Below, one piece after another: positions 63,457-64,000 of a stretch of 64,000 nucleotides of DNA. The notes beneath the pieces are model-generated. The model was given only the letters and a program-made list of their open reading frames with translations, was not told where the DNA came from and ran no database searches. How positions within the stretch are numbered: the first letter of the stretch is position 1; every line of letters begins with the position of its first letter. The position numbers and the translations under genes were made by a program. The stretch is from Mustelus asterias (Eukaryota), in NCBI RefSeq assembly GCF_964213995.1, contig NW_027590117.1, forward strand, positions 3,968,001 through 4,032,000, written 5' to 3'.

Positions 63457-64000
63457 ATTTGATTTATTATTTTCACGTGTATGAGTATACAGTGAAAATT
63501 ACTGTTTCTTGCGCGCTATATAGACAAAGCATACCTTTCATAGAGAAGTAAAGGAGAGAGTGCAGAATGTAGTCATAGCTAGGGTGTAGAGAAAGATCAA
63601 CTTAATGCTAGGTAGGTCCATTCAAAAGTCTGGCAGCAGCAGGGAAGAAACTGTTCTTGAGTCGGTTGGTACGTGACCTCAGACTTTTCTATCTTTTTCC
63701 CAATGGAAGAAGGTGGAAGAGATAATGTCCGGGGTGAGTGGGGTCCTGAATTCTGCTGGCTGGCAGCAGGAAGTGTATACAGAGTCAATGGATGGGAGGC
63801 TGGTTTGCGTGATGGATTGGGCTACATTCACAACATTTTGTAGTTTCTTGCAGTCTTGGGCAGAGCAGGAGCCAAACCAAGTTGTGATACAACCAGAAAT
63901 AATGCTTTCTATGGTGCATCTCTAACAGTTGGTGAGAGTCGTAGCTGATGTGCTAAATTTCTTTAGTCTGCTGAGAAAGTATAGACGTTGGTGGTGCTTT
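63457..64000 (-). mobile_element. Rex1/Babar-like LINE 3' end
   Basis: Minus strand reads KSLRSRTNRLKNSFFPAAARLLN with an AAATC tail; related 3' stubs at 23495-23628 and 48700-48838. Confidence 0.7.

Overview
Eukaryotic, repeat-rich vertebrate DNA, most likely a shark (inferred from HE1-like tRNA SINEs, abundant CR1 LINEs, Penelope-like elements and a fish-type ERV). The frame of the window is an old inverted segmental duplication (~10.1-25.0 kb mirrored at ~47.3-63.5 kb) whose arms carry independent insertions. It holds a decaying histone/tRNA mini-cluster: two H2B genes, one H2A gene, an orphan histone stem-loop, and two copies each of tRNA-iMet and tRNA-Leu(TAA), all with substitutions. 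The spacer holds an 8.5-kb ERV with near-identical 633-bp LTRs but a heavily deleted interior. It has no recognisable capsid or integrase, a 2H-phosphoesterase-like domain between protease and RT, remnants of two different env genes, and a primer-binding-site (PBS) copy retained outside the 3' LTR. The most novel-looking item is a 331-bp poly(A) retroelement with two U2 snRNA-derived heads (SINEU-like), flanked by a target-site duplication (TSD). All alignments were done by eye; family names come from motif recognition, not database searches.
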